A stretch of 64,000 bases of DNA, from contig CAWHAE010000009.1 in assembly GCA_963827235.1 (NCBI GenBank), positions 416,001 through 480,000 on the forward strand, written 5' to 3'. The notes beneath the pieces are model-generated. The model had not been told where the DNA came from. It ran no database searches and saw nothing but the letters and a program-made list of their open reading frames with translations. The DNA is from an uncultured bacterium (GTDB lineage Bacteria > Chloroflexota > UBA5177 > JANWHV01). Position 1 is the stretch's first letter. Every line of letters begins with the position of its first letter. Both the position numbers and the translations under genes were made by a program. Below, one piece after another: positions 1-11,714 of this stretch.

Positions 1-189
1 GCTGAAGCAGCGGAAGTCGGTGGCGTCGCGCTTGTTGCCATCGATGCGAAGGATGAGAAGGCCGTTCGCTGGTACGAGCGCTTTGGCGCCTTGCCGCTTC
101 TGGATGACCCGCTCAAGCTGGTACTGCCTCTTGGCGTCATCGCAGATGCCAGAGCGGCGCAGGCTGGGGTCTTTCGTGCGAACGAGTGA
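1..189 (+). CDS. GNAT acetyltransferase (TacT/AtaT toxin-like), 3' part only
   Basis: Frame 1 reads ...VGGVALVAIDAKDEKAVRWYERFGALPLLDDPLKLVLPL...* (TGA 187-189), typical C-terminus of GNAT toxins; 5' end lies outside the window. Confidence 0.65.
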   Translation, partial: AEAAEVGGVALVAIDAKDEKAVRWYERFGALPLLDDPLKLVLPLGVIADARAAQAGVFRANE

Positions 190-206
190 TGTGCAGCGCT
201 GCGGGA

Positions 207-1430
207 TCACCGCAGGAGCTCGCCCGCGTACAGAGCGTAGACCGCGGCGCAACGGCGCATCGCGGCCTCGTCGATGTACTCGTTTGGGCCGTGCGAGACG
301 TCGAGCCGGCCCGCGCCATAGGCAAAGGCCGGGATTCCGAGCTGGGCATACCAGCGAATGTCCAGGACGCCAGAGCACATCACGAACCGTGGCGGCGCTG
401 CCTCGACCACGGTGATGCAGCGCGACAGCGCCTCGGCGGCGGGGTGTGTCTCGTTCGTGCTCGCCGAGGGCTGCAGCTGGGTCACGTCAACGGTTACCTG
501 GGCACCGGCGTTCTTGGCAGCACCCTCGATCGTGCTCGTCAGTCGCTCGCGCTCGCGCTCGAGATCCTCCTCGGGATTGTATCGGCCGTCGATGGTGAAC
601 CACGCCGACCCCGGCACGACGTTGAAATTCGAGCCGCCGCCGCACAGACCCCCTACCACGAGCATCGAGCCCCGAGCGTCGCGCTCGTCCATCGCGAAGC
701 CCGTGTGCCGCGCTGCCATCTCCTGGACGAGCGCCTCGAGCGGGGCTGCCACGTGCACCATGTGCTGGAAGGCGTTGACGCCACGATGTGCTTGTCCGAC
801 ATGTGCCTCGCGGCCGTGTACCTCAACCCGGACCGTCAAGGCACCACGCGCGGCATGCCAGACGGCGTCCACGCCGCTGGGCTCGGCGGTGACCATAGCC
901 AGCGCCCTCGGATCGATGAGACCGGCTCCGCGCAGGTAACCAGAACCGGCGACGCTGCCGGTCTCCTCATCGCAGACGAGGTGAAGCACGATGCGGCCAT
1001 CGGCGATCAGGCCAAGCTCCTTGGCAGCCGCGGCGCCGTAGAGCATGCTGACGATGCCGCCCTTCATGTCGGCGGTACCGCGGCCGATGATCTTGCCCTG
1101 GCTTCGCCGTGCTTTGAACTGCGATTGGTCCTGCACCGGTACGACGTCGAAATGGCCGTGGAAGTAGACCAGCTTGGAGCCGGCACCAACTGTGCCGCGC
1201 ACGACGCACGGATCCTCCAGCTTGCCCGACGGCGTGACATCGATGATCTCGGGAGTCAGGTCAAGGCTCTGCATGGCCTCGTGCAGCACGCGCGCACACG
1301 CACCCAATCCGCGCCCAGGCGGGTTCTCCGTGTCGCAGGCCACCAGCCTTTCCAGCAGAGCGGCCATCTCATCGGTGCGGGCGTCGAGCCAGATCTGTAC
1401 TCTGGCGGCCTGATCGGTCATTTGCGGCAC
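207..1430 (-). CDS. M20 family metallopeptidase/deacylase (ArgE/DapE-like)
   Basis: Metal-binding motifs HGHFDVV, GRGTADMKGG, DEE, EP and HGPNE. Confidence 0.9.
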   Translation of the reverse strand: MPQMTDQAARVQIWLDARTDEMAALLERLVACDTENPPGRGLGACARVLHEAMQSLDLTPEIIDVTPSGKLEDPCVVRGTVGAGSKLVYFHGHFDVVPVQDQSQFKARRSQGKIIGRGTADMKGGIVSMLYGAAAAKELGLIADGRIVLHLVCDEETGSVAGSGYLRGAGLIDPRALAMVTAEPSGVDAVWHAARGALTVRVEVHGREAHVGQAHRGVNAFQHMVHVAAPLEALVQEMAARHTGFAMDERDARGSMLVVGGLCGGGSNFNVVPGSAWFTIDGRYNPEEDLERERERLTSTIEGAAKNAGAQVTVDVTQLQPSASTNETHPAAEALSRCITVVEAAPPRFVMCSGVLDIRWYAQLGIPAFAYGAGRLDVSHGPNEYIDEAAMRRCAAVYALYAGELLR

Positions 1431-1607
1431 CTTTCGTCGGCATGCTCGTTATACCGTTGCTTTGTGATGCTGATAGTGAGCTACCTCATTACTGCCCCGA
1501 ATCAGGCATGCGACGCAATCTGGAAGCGGTGAAAGGACCGGGCCGCCACCGACGCTCCCCGGTCACCGTGAGTAACTCCGTCTCTCACGCGGCGAGTGTG
1601 CGCCCAG

Positions 1608-2486
1608 CTACGTGCACCGCTCTACTACTCGCGCCGCGACGCCGATCCAGCCGCCCGACGGATCATAGGGCGTGCCGGCCAGGTCGGACCAGCCGGCCTC
1701 GACCGCGAATCCTCGGGCAGCCAGCGCCGCGGTGATGGTCTCCAGTGAATAGTCGTGAAACCAGTTCCTGTACACGGACACCGCGCCGTCCTCGGTGATC
1801 ACCACGAACTGGTCGAGAAAGACACCCTCGCTCGGGTAGTCGAACCCCTGGGTGAGAACGAGGTGAGGCACGGGCTTCCAGAAGCCGGATTCGAAGAACG
1901 CCCACTGATTCCGCGCGCCCGCCTCCTGCCGGTGCTTCCGTGCAGAGACGTCGAAGACGAAGCGCCCGCCGTTGTCCAGCGAGGCGGCGATCTTGCCCAA
2001 CAGGCCGTCTCGCTGGCGGTTCGAAAGGACGCAGAAGTCGCCGTAGATCATGAAGATGGCGCGCAGACGATGCGGGAACGGAACATCAAGGTAGTTGCCA
2101 TACTGGTAGTCGACGGCAAGGCCGTTCCCGCCCGCCTCGGCGCGCGCGAACTCGATGGAGCGCTGTGAGAAGTCGATGCCGGTCACGTCCAGGCCGGCTC
2201 GGCTGAAGCGCTCGCAGTAAAGTCCAGGCCCGCATCCGAGATCGAGGACGCGGTCTCCGGGCCGCAGGTGAAGGTATTCCAGCAGCCACTGCACAGTGGC
2301 GTCGATCATGCCCGGTCTGCGGCTCGCAAGATCGGTCTCCGGGTCGAGGTGCGCAGCCAGTAGCTGCTGGGAGATGTGCTCGTCGTCCCAAAAGCGCGGC
2401 TCGCCGGACGCAAACGGCTCCGGCTTGCGACAGGCCTGCCGGAGCGCCTCGAAGTCCAGCCTATTTCCTCGGATCACCATCTGCAT
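1608..2486 (-). CDS. Class I SAM-dependent methyltransferase
   Basis: Motifs VLDLGCGPGLY and GIDFS. Confidence 0.9.
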   Translation of the reverse strand: MQMVIRGNRLDFEALRQACRKPEPFASGEPRFWDDEHISQQLLAAHLDPETDLASRRPGMIDATVQWLLEYLHLRPGDRVLDLGCGPGLYCERFSRAGLDVTGIDFSQRSIEFARAEAGGNGLAVDYQYGNYLDVPFPHRLRAIFMIYGDFCVLSNRQRDGLLGKIAASLDNGGRFVFDVSARKHRQEAGARNQWAFFESGFWKPVPHLVLTQGFDYPSEGVFLDQFVVITEDGAVSVYRNWFHDYSLETITAALAARGFAVEAGWSDLAGTPYDPSGGWIGVAARVVERCT

Positions 2487-2524
2487 CTCCCAGCTACCCG
2501 AGGGATGGTACAGTTGAGATTCTC

Positions 2525-2970
2525 ATGCTATACCTTCGCAGCATCGACACCGCGGTAAGGCAGGACGTAGCGACGGTCGGGGCTCTCTCACCGATCAATA
2601 AGGTACTGGGATCGAGTGGCCGCCGCGATTTACCGCGGAAGCATGATCAGGTGCTGCGCTCGGAAGGCCACCGGCTGGAAATCAACCTGCTGCGCGCTCC
2701 GGATGTTCTGCGGCGCGATGCGTGCACCGCGGTCCTGCATCGCGCGGGATCGCGTAGCCCGGAGGCGTGATCGCCGAGATGCGCAACTGCTTGCCGACCA
2801 CTGCCGTGCCACTCGATCTGCAGGAGCCGGTAGATTCGGTTCCCGATCGCTATCGGCACGACGCCGGAATCGAGTACCGCGACGAGCCCCGACGTCAGCC
2901 GCTGCCCGCGGTGGATGGACGCTGGTCGCGCGAGCGCGTCGCAGCGCGGCAACAGCCACGGAGCCGCTAA
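2525..2970 (+). pseudogene. DUF4058-family remnant (two fragments)
   Basis: Fragments LSPINK...GRRD..RK..VLRS..H.LEINLLR and LPTTAVPLDLQ..D...DRYR....EYRDEP...PL resemble conserved DUF4058 blocks; broken and truncated. Confidence 0.55.
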
Positions 2971-3000
2971 CGCGAGCCCGGCGAAGGCGATAGCATGTGA

Positions 3001-4464
<1,464 letters not shown>

Positions 4465-4497
4465 GCCCAGCAACCTATCGCGCGGCCGGGGGCGCCA

Positions 4498-5454
4498 CTA
4501 TACGGCGGTATGCGGCGCGCCCGGCAGGCGCAGCGCGTGCAGATGGCCGACGAAGGCGATGAAGGAATCGCCGCCCTGCCGCCACCAGGTGTACAGGGTG
4601 ACCAGCACCCCGGAGGCCAAGACAACGCCGATGGCGCCGAGCGCATCGAGAAGGTAATGGTTGCCGGTAATGATCACCACCAGGATCATGATGACCGGAT
4701 ACGACAGGGCCAGTGCCCGGATTAGCAGGGGCTTTGCTGCCCAGGCCAGGGTAAGACCGACGATCAGAGCCCAGGCCACGTGCACGCTCGGCATCGCCGC
4801 GTACTCGTTGAAGCCAATCTTGAGGCCCCGGGCTCCCCCGAAGACCGCATCCAGGAAGTGGTACGGATGCCCATCGTAGCGCAGGCCGCTGGCCAGCCGT
4901 GGCGGAGCCAGCGGGAAGCTTTCATAGAGCAGTACGGCGAACGTGTTGGTGAGCAGGAAAATATTGCGCAGGAAAGCGAACAGGGCACGCCGGCACATGA
5001 ACACCCAGACGGCAAACGCCAGGGTGAAGAGGATGTGGCCCTGGCCGTAGAGCATGTCCACGACCGTCGTCACCTGCGACCAGCTGACCGTGATTCCGAG
5101 GTAGGTATGGGTGTGGGCGAAGAACGACTGGATACCCGGCTCGATCCACAGGTCATGCGCTGCTTCGAAGTTCGCCACGTGCAGGGCGTTGGCCAGCCCG
5201 ATATTGGCATTGGTGCGCGGAACCAGCGCGTGTGCAAAGTCGTCGGTCAGCTCGACGGCGGCAACCAACAGCACGTTGGCAAGCAGATACACCCAGTCGC
5301 GCCATGTCGTACGACCACGGCGTAGACGGCCACGGAACGGAGTCCGCGAGGTGCGCTCGAGAATATAGCTACTTGTGCTCTGGCACCGAGTCCCCACCAA
5401 CCGGCCTCTTCCACCTAAGCCCCACGGCGTCGAGTACCTTGATACTAGAGGCAT
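4498..5454 (-). CDS. PAP2_3 / inositol phosphorylceramide synthase (Aur1)-like membrane protein
   Basis: Multiple hydrophobic segments; motifs APPR, AAMPSVH, GNHYLLD; start uncertain. Confidence 0.8.
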   Translation of the reverse strand: MPLVSRYSTPWGLGGRGRLVGTRCQSTSSYILERTSRTPFRGRLRRGRTTWRDWVYLLANVLLVAAVELTDDFAHALVPRTNANIGLANALHVANFEAAHDLWIEPGIQSFFAHTHTYLGITVSWSQVTTVVDMLYGQGHILFTLAFAVWVFMCRRALFAFLRNIFLLTNTFAVLLYESFPLAPPRLASGLRYDGHPYHFLDAVFGGARGLKIGFNEYAAMPSVHVAWALIVGLTLAWAAKPLLIRALALSYPVIMILVVIITGNHYLLDALGAIGVVLASGVLVTLYTWWRQGGDSFIAFVGHLHALRLPGAPHTAV

Positions 5455-5565
5455 CCGAGGCTGCGGTCAATAGTTTCAGGGAGGCGCTCATACGCTCTAC
5501 ATTCATCATGCATCGAACCACAAGTTCCTGGGAAGTCAGGAGACCGGCCAGGTAGCCGAGTGTTC

Positions 5566-6081
5566 CTAATTTGTCACCGCCAAGCGCGGCTCCCTCGCCG
5601 GACCGCTGGATCGCAGATAGTCGTACCGGGCAGCTATTCGTTCCAGCATGCTCATGAATGAGGTGAGCTCGGCGTCGCTCAGCACGCTGAAGGCCGAGGT
5701 CAGCAGGTCGCGCTCGCACTCGCGGTAGCGCGCGGTAACGAGCTTCGCCTCCTCACTGGGCACGAGCCACACGACCCGGCGGTCATTGGGATCGTTGCGC
5801 CGCACCGCCAGGCCCCGTTTGACCAGACGATTCGATAGGACGGCGGCACTTCCATCAGTGATGTCCAGTGCTCTCGCGAGGTCGCGCATCATCAGGCCGT
5901 CGGGAAAGATCTGCTGCAGCGCCGCGATCTGGTGCAGCGTGATGGAATGCACGCGGTCTTGCAGGTCCGGCGGGAGCGCCTTGAGCGCCAATCGCATGGA
6001 CAACACGGGGCGCAAGATCAAAAAGCGGGCAAGAAGCGCTGCCCGATCGGCCCCTGATCCACGCTCTCCCATGCAGCCCAT
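5566..6081 (-). CDS. MarR family transcriptional regulator
   Basis: DLARAL...RLVKRGL..R..DPNDRRVV winged-helix signature. Confidence 0.85.
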   Translation of the reverse strand: MGCMGERGSGADRAALLARFLILRPVLSMRLALKALPPDLQDRVHSITLHQIAALQQIFPDGLMMRDLARALDITDGSAAVLSNRLVKRGLAVRRNDPNDRRVVWLVPSEEAKLVTARYRECERDLLTSAFSVLSDAELTSFMSMLERIAARYDYLRSSGPAREPRLAVTN

Positions 6082-6284
6082 GTCACTTCCTACTGCCGGC
6101 CCTCCTAGCCTATGAAATTTCGTCGCTGGCGTCAAATTACCGTGCTCAGCAATTGATCAAGCCTCCTGCTGACGAGACCACGGCCACCTGCACGGCGACG
6201 TCATACGCAGGAGGCACGTGCTGCCGGCAGCCGCTCCCCACTGATCCGGCGCCAGACCCGCCGGCGAGGGCAGCGCGCCCGATC

Positions 6285-7019
6285 TCAGCGAATGCCGGGT
6301 TTCCCGGCGACCAATCCTATGGCGCGGAGCCAGGCGTCGCCCTCGGCACCTATCTTTTCGCCGCGGAAGCGGTAGTCGTGTTTGCGGGCGAACTCGCTCA
6401 GGTCGGCATCGAGCTCGCCCAGCAACTCCCCTTCCAACTGCAGCAAGCGATCGAGGGCCGCTTTCTTGCGCGCGATGGCTGCCGCCCGATCGAGATGGAC
6501 CAGGCACAGGCCGGTGCTGCCTCGAAAGGCGCTGGCCGCTTCTTGTTCGCGAACGTGCTCGAGCAGTACTCCGATGTAGAGCCGCTCGGCGTGCTCGCGC
6601 ATCCTGCAGGCCGGGCAGCTCGTGTGCGGATCACCGAACTCCCGCTCGCGCGCGCGCGCACGGCTGCGAAGCCAGCGCGGCGGCCATCCCGAGCGACCTC
6701 CGGCGAACAGGCGCGACCCTTCGCGACCGGAGCGGCGACCGAGGGCCTTGGCCGCCTGGCGCAGCACGTCACGATACATGATCGCCGCGCCCAGCGCGGC
6801 GCCCATGTCGCGCAGCTTCCACGAATGCACGTTGCAGTAGCCGGTAGCAGCGACGAGCTCGAGCCTCGTGGGAGGGTCGTTCACGCTCTCATAGATAATT
6901 GCATCCAGGTAGTGCGTGACCGCCGCGAGCGTCAGCGTGCAGACAGGACACCCTTCCTGCCTGCAGGCTTCCAGCAGGTCGAAATACGCGGTGTGCTTGT
7001 CTGGCTCGCGCCGTCTCAT
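6285..7019 (-). CDS. DUF6062-like Cys/His-rich protein
   Basis: Duplicated CPxC...G(Y/L)CxxH modules, ESVND, RKHDYRF; RBS GAGGAG before ATG 7019. Confidence 0.7.
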   Translation of the reverse strand: MRRREPDKHTAYFDLLEACRQEGCPVCTLTLAAVTHYLDAIIYESVNDPPTRLELVAATGYCNVHSWKLRDMGAALGAAIMYRDVLRQAAKALGRRSGREGSRLFAGGRSGWPPRWLRSRARAREREFGDPHTSCPACRMREHAERLYIGVLLEHVREQEAASAFRGSTGLCLVHLDRAAAIARKKAALDRLLQLEGELLGELDADLSEFARKHDYRFRGEKIGAEGDAWLRAIGLVAGKPGIR

Positions 7020-7183
7020 ACCTTCTCCTCGGACGAGCACCGCTGCCCGGCCCCCATGTGTCGCCATGGCCTGCGAACGCGCGCGCCGAGCCGGCGTCAC
7101 CGCCGTAGGCGAGCCGCCTGCCGGGCGCTTCGCACGCGCGTGGTTAGAATTCTACGCCTTGTTCCGATCCGCAACCAATTCCG

Positions 7184-8347
7184 TCAATCGATCCAGCTCC
7201 CCTGGGCGAACTGCGATGCGAAGAAGATCATCAGCAGGGCGCTCACGCCAACGATCCATCGCAGCTTGGTGCCCGCGCCCAGGGCCACCGCTACGAAGAA
7301 CGGCAGCACCGCGATCATGTAGCGGCCCGTCGAGTACCACCGGCTGAGCGCGAAGCACCAGGCAGCCAGGCCATAGAGCGAGAGCTCCGGACCGAGGCGT
7401 TTCGCGGAGACCAGCAGCACGGCGAGCACAAGAAGTGCTGCCAGCAGATCCCAGACCATCACGTAGTTGGCGGTACTGGAATGGAAGAAGCTGAACCGAG
7501 GCGAGCGGATCACCTGCACGTACTGGCCAATGGTCATCCAGGGCGGCTGCAGCGTGATGTGCCATTGACGCTGAAAGGTGCCCACGATGCTGGTGCCGCC
7601 AACGGTCATGGCGAGCACCCTCTGGTAGCCCAGCAGGGTGACGGCAGGGATGGCGATGCAGGCGTCGCCCGGCCGCACCCGGCCGCTGCGCCTGGCGCGC
7701 AGCCAGGCGTCGACGATCAGGGGGACCAGCAGGACCAGGCCCTGCAGTCGCGTGAGCACCGCCAGCCCCCCGGCCACGCCCGCCACCACCGGGTGCCCTC
7801 GCCTGGAGGCAATAAGGCACCAGGCGCTCAGGGCGAGGAACAGCGACTCGCTATACACGCCGAGCAAGTAGTACGAGTCAGGGAAGAGGAGCAGGACCGC
7901 TACCGACCGCCAGGCTACGTTCTCGTCGAAGCACTCCGCCACCCAGCGCCAGAATAGCCCGACGGCGGCGGCACAGGCAAGGTTCGACACGATCAATCCT
8001 GCCGTCAGATAGTGACCGCCGGTTACGACCGTCATCACGCGCAATAGCAAGGGATAGAGCGGCATGTAGGCGGTGTTCAAGCCGTCTGCCTGGTAGCCGT
8101 GCGCGGCGATGGCGATGAAGTGGTAGGCGTCGAACTGGCGCCAGGGATCCAGAAACAGGCTCGTGAGCGACGGCGACTGGTGCGGCTGCGGAAGCACGAT
8201 CGCAATGCCGGCACCCACGGCAGTGACGAGCACGCGCAGCCCCAGCACGGCCAGGCAGATGCCGGCCCACGGGATCGTCCGGCCCGCCGCGGTGTGCGCG
8301 TCCGTGGCGACGGCACGCGGAGCCGCGAGCGCTGCATGGGTGGACAT
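7184..8347 (-). CDS. Membrane mannosyltransferase (PIG-V/GT76-like)
   Basis: W.QFDA..F..IA.HGY, AYMPLYPLL, YSESLFLAL, TR..G; polytopic. Confidence 0.8.
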   Translation of the reverse strand: MSTHAALAAPRAVATDAHTAAGRTIPWAGICLAVLGLRVLVTAVGAGIAIVLPQPHQSPSLTSLFLDPWRQFDAYHFIAIAAHGYQADGLNTAYMPLYPLLLRVMTVVTGGHYLTAGLIVSNLACAAAVGLFWRWVAECFDENVAWRSVAVLLLFPDSYYLLGVYSESLFLALSAWCLIASRRGHPVVAGVAGGLAVLTRLQGLVLLVPLIVDAWLRARRSGRVRPGDACIAIPAVTLLGYQRVLAMTVGGTSIVGTFQRQWHITLQPPWMTIGQYVQVIRSPRFSFFHSSTANYVMVWDLLAALLVLAVLLVSAKRLGPELSLYGLAAWCFALSRWYSTGRYMIAVLPFFVAVALGAGTKLRWIVGVSALLMIFFASQFAQGSWID

Positions 8348-8531
8348 GATCCGCCTCCCGAAGACAGGCAAGCGGCCGGCCCGCCGTGGTCTTGGCGGCG
8401 ATCACCCACCTTCGCACACCCGTTGCACGGCGCGCTGCTCTCGCCGCGGCCGGTGCTCGACCCTGCCGCGCCGCACCATCTCCCGATGCCCGGCTCACGA
8501 GCAGCAGACCACGCCGCACCGGTCCACGCGG

Positions 8532-8560
8532 ATCGTATGGAGGTCCGGCTCGTTCGTCAA
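8532..8560 (-). promoter_or_regulatory. Sigma70-type promoter upstream of the mannosyltransferase
   Basis: Minus strand TTGACG-N17-TACGAT. Confidence 0.5.
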
Positions 8561-8633
8561 TTGCCAATGTGGTGGCAGAGCGACGCTCCCGTCGGGCCGG
8601 CGTGCCGTCGGCGCTCACTCGTGCCGCGATCGG

Positions 8634-8903
8634 CTACCGGCGAGCCACTTCCAGCGGCTCCACCTCGGCCAGGGCCTCGCCGATGCAACGCATCAACTCA
8701 CGAGCAGACTCGGCGTTCAGCTCGACGGCTACCCGGCTTCCGGGTCCCATCGATGCATTGGCAAAGTCGATATTGAGCGTGTGCTCGTACGGCGCATGAT
8801 AGGGGTGGTCGAAGTAAACCGTGGCGCTGTCGAGGCGAAACCAGCCGTCCGGTCCTTTCCCGCTGCCGGCAATGGCGATCTTCTTGGTGACATACGAGCA
8901 CAT
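8634..8903 (-). CDS. DUF6295-like small protein
   Basis: MCSY...GSGKG..GWF....VYFDHP.HAP.EHTLNIDF...RVAVEL signature; RBS GAGGAGG. Confidence 0.75.
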   Translation of the reverse strand: MCSYVTKKIAIAGSGKGPDGWFRLDSATVYFDHPYHAPYEHTLNIDFANASMGPGSRVAVELNAESARELMRCIGEALAEVEPLEVARR

Positions 8904-8913
8904 CGCGGCCTCC

Positions 8914-9660
8914 TCACGCACGCAGATAGCGATCGAACCAGGCCCAGATCCGCTGCCAGCCATCGACGGCAGCCGCCTGGCGATAGTTGGCCCGGTCCAC
9001 GGCGAAGAACCCGTGGCCGGCTCCTTCGTAGGTGTGAAACTCGTAGACCTTGTGGTTGGCCTTCAGTGCCTCCTCGATCTGCGCGGTCTCCGCCGGCGAT
9101 GGATGCTGATCCTCGGCGCCGAAGAGCCCCAGTAAGGGGCAGCAGAGCGACGGGGTCAGCCCTACTATCGGCTGAATGAGCATCGTGGCGCCGGCAGGCG
9201 GCTGGCCCGCCACCAAGGCACCGTAGCAATCTACGGCGGCGTCGAGCGGCAACCGGCAGGCTGCCAGGTAGGCCTGGCGACCGCCCGAACAATAGCCGAT
9301 CACTCCCACCCGCCCATTGCCGTAGGGCAGGGCGCGCAGGAATCGGGCCGCGCCAGCCGCGTCGCCCAGGAAGCGTTCGTCGGGCACGCCGCCTGCTGCC
9401 CGGGACGCTGCCGCGGCATCGTCCGGGCTGGCGTCGGGGCCTTCGCGGTAATGGAGGTGTGGGCAAATGGCGGCGTAGCCGTGAGCGGCGAACTTGCGGG
9501 TGATCTCCTTGGTACCTTCGTCCCAGCCCGGCATATGGTGGATGACCACGACGCCCGGGTACGGGCCGGCGCCGAGAGGACGAGCAAAATAGGCTCCAAT
9601 CTCATCGCCACCGTGTCCGGCAATGCGAACCGTTTCGGCAAGCAGTCCCTCGTGCTTCAT
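8914..9660 (-). CDS. Dienelactone hydrolase family protein
   Basis: GYCSGG nucleophile motif, AED, AGHGFF. Confidence 0.9.
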   Translation of the reverse strand: MKHEGLLAETVRIAGHGGDEIGAYFARPLGAGPYPGVVVIHHMPGWDEGTKEITRKFAAHGYAAICPHLHYREGPDASPDDAAAASRAAGGVPDERFLGDAAGAARFLRALPYGNGRVGVIGYCSGGRQAYLAACRLPLDAAVDCYGALVAGQPPAGATMLIQPIVGLTPSLCCPLLGLFGAEDQHPSPAETAQIEEALKANHKVYEFHTYEGAGHGFFAVDRANYRQAAAVDGWQRIWAWFDRYLRA

Positions 9661-9849
9661 GGTGCCTTTGTGAGTCCTCCCATTCCGATCTGCACGCCTT
9701 CGCCACGGCGGACGCAGCCGCCGGAGAGAGCGGCGCCTGGTTTTCCCAGGGTCTTGAGCGCGACCGGCGGCTGCCTTCCGGCCTCCCCTGCTGAGCGGGA
9801 CGGCAGGTGCCTTCCCGCATCGCGCCACACGTTTCCAACATAGCAGCGC

Positions 9850-10767
9850 ATGCGGTACGTGGCGCAGACAGGCCAGGGCGCGCGGAGCGCCGTCTCTGGA
9901 GGTAAGGGCTCCCGTGATTCCGTCGCTATACTCGTGACAGGCATTGAGCGGCGCTCGAGGCGATGGCTGGGGACTGCAGTGCGCGTGGTATCAGCATCCG
10001 TGGGACAGAGAACGCTGGTGAGCGGAGCGGCGGCGGCCGAGCGCGCCCTCTGCCTGGGCATCATGATCCTGCGCACGGAGTTCGAGGTGCTCATGGCGCT
10101 GGATCACTCGCTCACCGCGGGGCAGCGAAGGCTGGCCGCGGCTCGCCTGGCCGGTCCCAGGGCATACTACATTCCCTGGCTGCGCCGCGAATGTTTGTGG
10201 CCACGCCTCTCCAGGTCGGAGGCGCACGAGCTCATGCTCGAGCTTGGCGGCTGGTCACGCCAAGCCTGTGGCGCGCACTTCGGCGACGGGGACGCCGCCG
10301 GCGTGCTCATCTGGGCGCTGGGACTCCTCAATCACCTGCCGGCGTATGACACGGCTACCGACGAGGGCACCGTGCTGTCTAGGCTGCCGCTGCTGCGCCC
10401 CACGCGGCAGTTTGTCGAGCAGGCGCAACGGCGTCCGGAGCAGGACATCCTGCAGGCGCGTGAGCAGGCCCAGGCATGGCTCTGGCGCGCTCGGATGACT
10501 ACTCTGCAGCGCGGGGCAGCGGCCATGCTGCCGGGAGGGCCGCTTCCCGGCTTGCGCCTGACTATTGACGGCCGCGCCCGGTACATGGCGGCGCAGGGTG
10601 CCTTCGCGACAATCGACGGAGATTTCCCGGCCTTCGGTAAGGCGTATGCGGCCCTGTCGGAGGAGGAGTGGAACCGTATGCAACAGATTGCGTTCAGCCG
10701 CCTCCATGGGCTGAACTGGCTCTGCGGCTACGCAGAGGACTGGGACGCCGTACCGCTGGCCACCTGA
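9850..10767 (+). CDS. DUF4272-like protein
   Basis: LIWALG...LRP..., WRAR, RLHGLNWL.G..DWD motifs; start uncertain. Confidence 0.6.
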   Translation: MRYVAQTGQGARSAVSGGKGSRDSVAILVTGIERRSRRWLGTAVRVVSASVGQRTLVSGAAAAERALCLGIMILRTEFEVLMALDHSLTAGQRRLAAARLAGPRAYYIPWLRRECLWPRLSRSEAHELMLELGGWSRQACGAHFGDGDAAGVLIWALGLLNHLPAYDTATDEGTVLSRLPLLRPTRQFVEQAQRRPEQDILQAREQAQAWLWRARMTTLQRGAAAMLPGGPLPGLRLTIDGRARYMAAQGAFATIDGDFPAFGKAYAALSEEEWNRMQQIAFSRLHGLNWLCGYAEDWDAVPLAT

Positions 10768-10782
10768 TGGCGCCGCAGTATG

Positions 10783-11019
10783 TCACTGATCGCCTGGCGG
10801 CACCACACGCCCCGTATTCCTGGCCATCCAGCGCTCCACGCTCTGCACCTGCATGGCATACAGCGTGAGCTGGGCATGATTCTCACGCGTGGGCGAGCGG
10901 CGCCCGCCGGGGGCCATGCGATACCCGCGTGCGTGCGCGAGCAGGCTGTCTCGGCGCGCCAGGATACGGGCGTACAGGGCGCTGGTCGAATCGCCGAGCA
11001 GGTTCTCATCCACAGTCAT
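10783..11019 (-). CDS. Hypothetical protein (78 aa)
   Basis: Strong RBS GGAGGAG before ATG; no recognised motif. Confidence 0.45.
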   Translation of the reverse strand: MTVDENLLGDSTSALYARILARRDSLLAHARGYRMAPGGRRSPTRENHAQLTLYAMQVQSVERWMARNTGRVVPPGDQ

Positions 11020-11153
11020 ACTCCTCCACTCTATCCCTGATATAAACGGTGCCGGCAGGCATCGTTTGAGCATCGCGAGGGAAACGCGGGGGCGAAGATA
11101 CGCCCGCGTCGGCCGGCCGGCTGGAACCTAGATCTCCCACGGCCAGGGAGTGT

Positions 11154-11182
11154 TTGACATAATGACTCTTTAATATTAAATT
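11154..11182 (+). promoter_or_regulatory. Promoter with overlapping palindromic operator (likely MarR site)
   Basis: TTGACA(11154-11159)-N17-TAAATT; perfect palindrome TTTAATATTAAA at 11169-11180. Confidence 0.65.
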
Positions 11183-11204
11183 GAGATCGAGGGAGAGAAG
11201 CGGA

Positions 11205-11663
11205 ATGCGGACAAGCAGGGCGCACGCGGGGCCGGGGCCGGCGGATCACGCCGGCAGGATGGGCGCCGTCGCCTGGTTACGACTGGTTCGCCTGGCTAGA
11301 GACATGGTGCAGGCCGATGAGCGGCACCTGCGCGCCAAGGGACTCTCGATGGCCGAGCTGGATATCCTTGCCCAGGTCGGCGCCCGCGAGGGTTTGACGC
11401 AGCAGGAGCTCGCGCGTGTGCTCCTCGTCACCCAGGGGAATGTCACCTACCACCTCGACAGGCTGGCCAGGCGAGATCTCGTGGAACGCCGCGTGGCGGG
11501 GCGCTGCAACCGGCTATTCCTGACGGAAGGTGGGCGCGTGCTGTTCACCCAGGTGGTGCCGGGGCAGGAAGCGTGGCACGCGAGCCAGCTCTCCGTGCTC
11601 ACCGGGGATGAACTGCATGCGTTGCTCCCCGTGTTGCGCAAGCTGGCCCGCGCCTACCGCTGA
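11205..11663 (+). CDS. MarR family regulator (MhqR-like context)
   Basis: QQELA...TQGNVT..LDRL winged helix; upstream of a ring-cleaving dioxygenase. Confidence 0.85.
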   Translation: MRTSRAHAGPGPADHAGRMGAVAWLRLVRLARDMVQADERHLRAKGLSMAELDILAQVGAREGLTQQELARVLLVTQGNVTYHLDRLARRDLVERRVAGRCNRLFLTEGGRVLFTQVVPGQEAWHASQLSVLTGDELHALLPVLRKLARAYR

Positions 11664-11714
11664 CACGTCGACGCTCGCAAGCTCTCCGCTCGCGATACAG
11701 AGAAGGAGTACCAC

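Noticed and set aside
8348-8530. Riboswitch in the long mannosyltransferase leader
   Set aside because: GC-rich hairpins are possible but I could not recognise any known aptamer consensus
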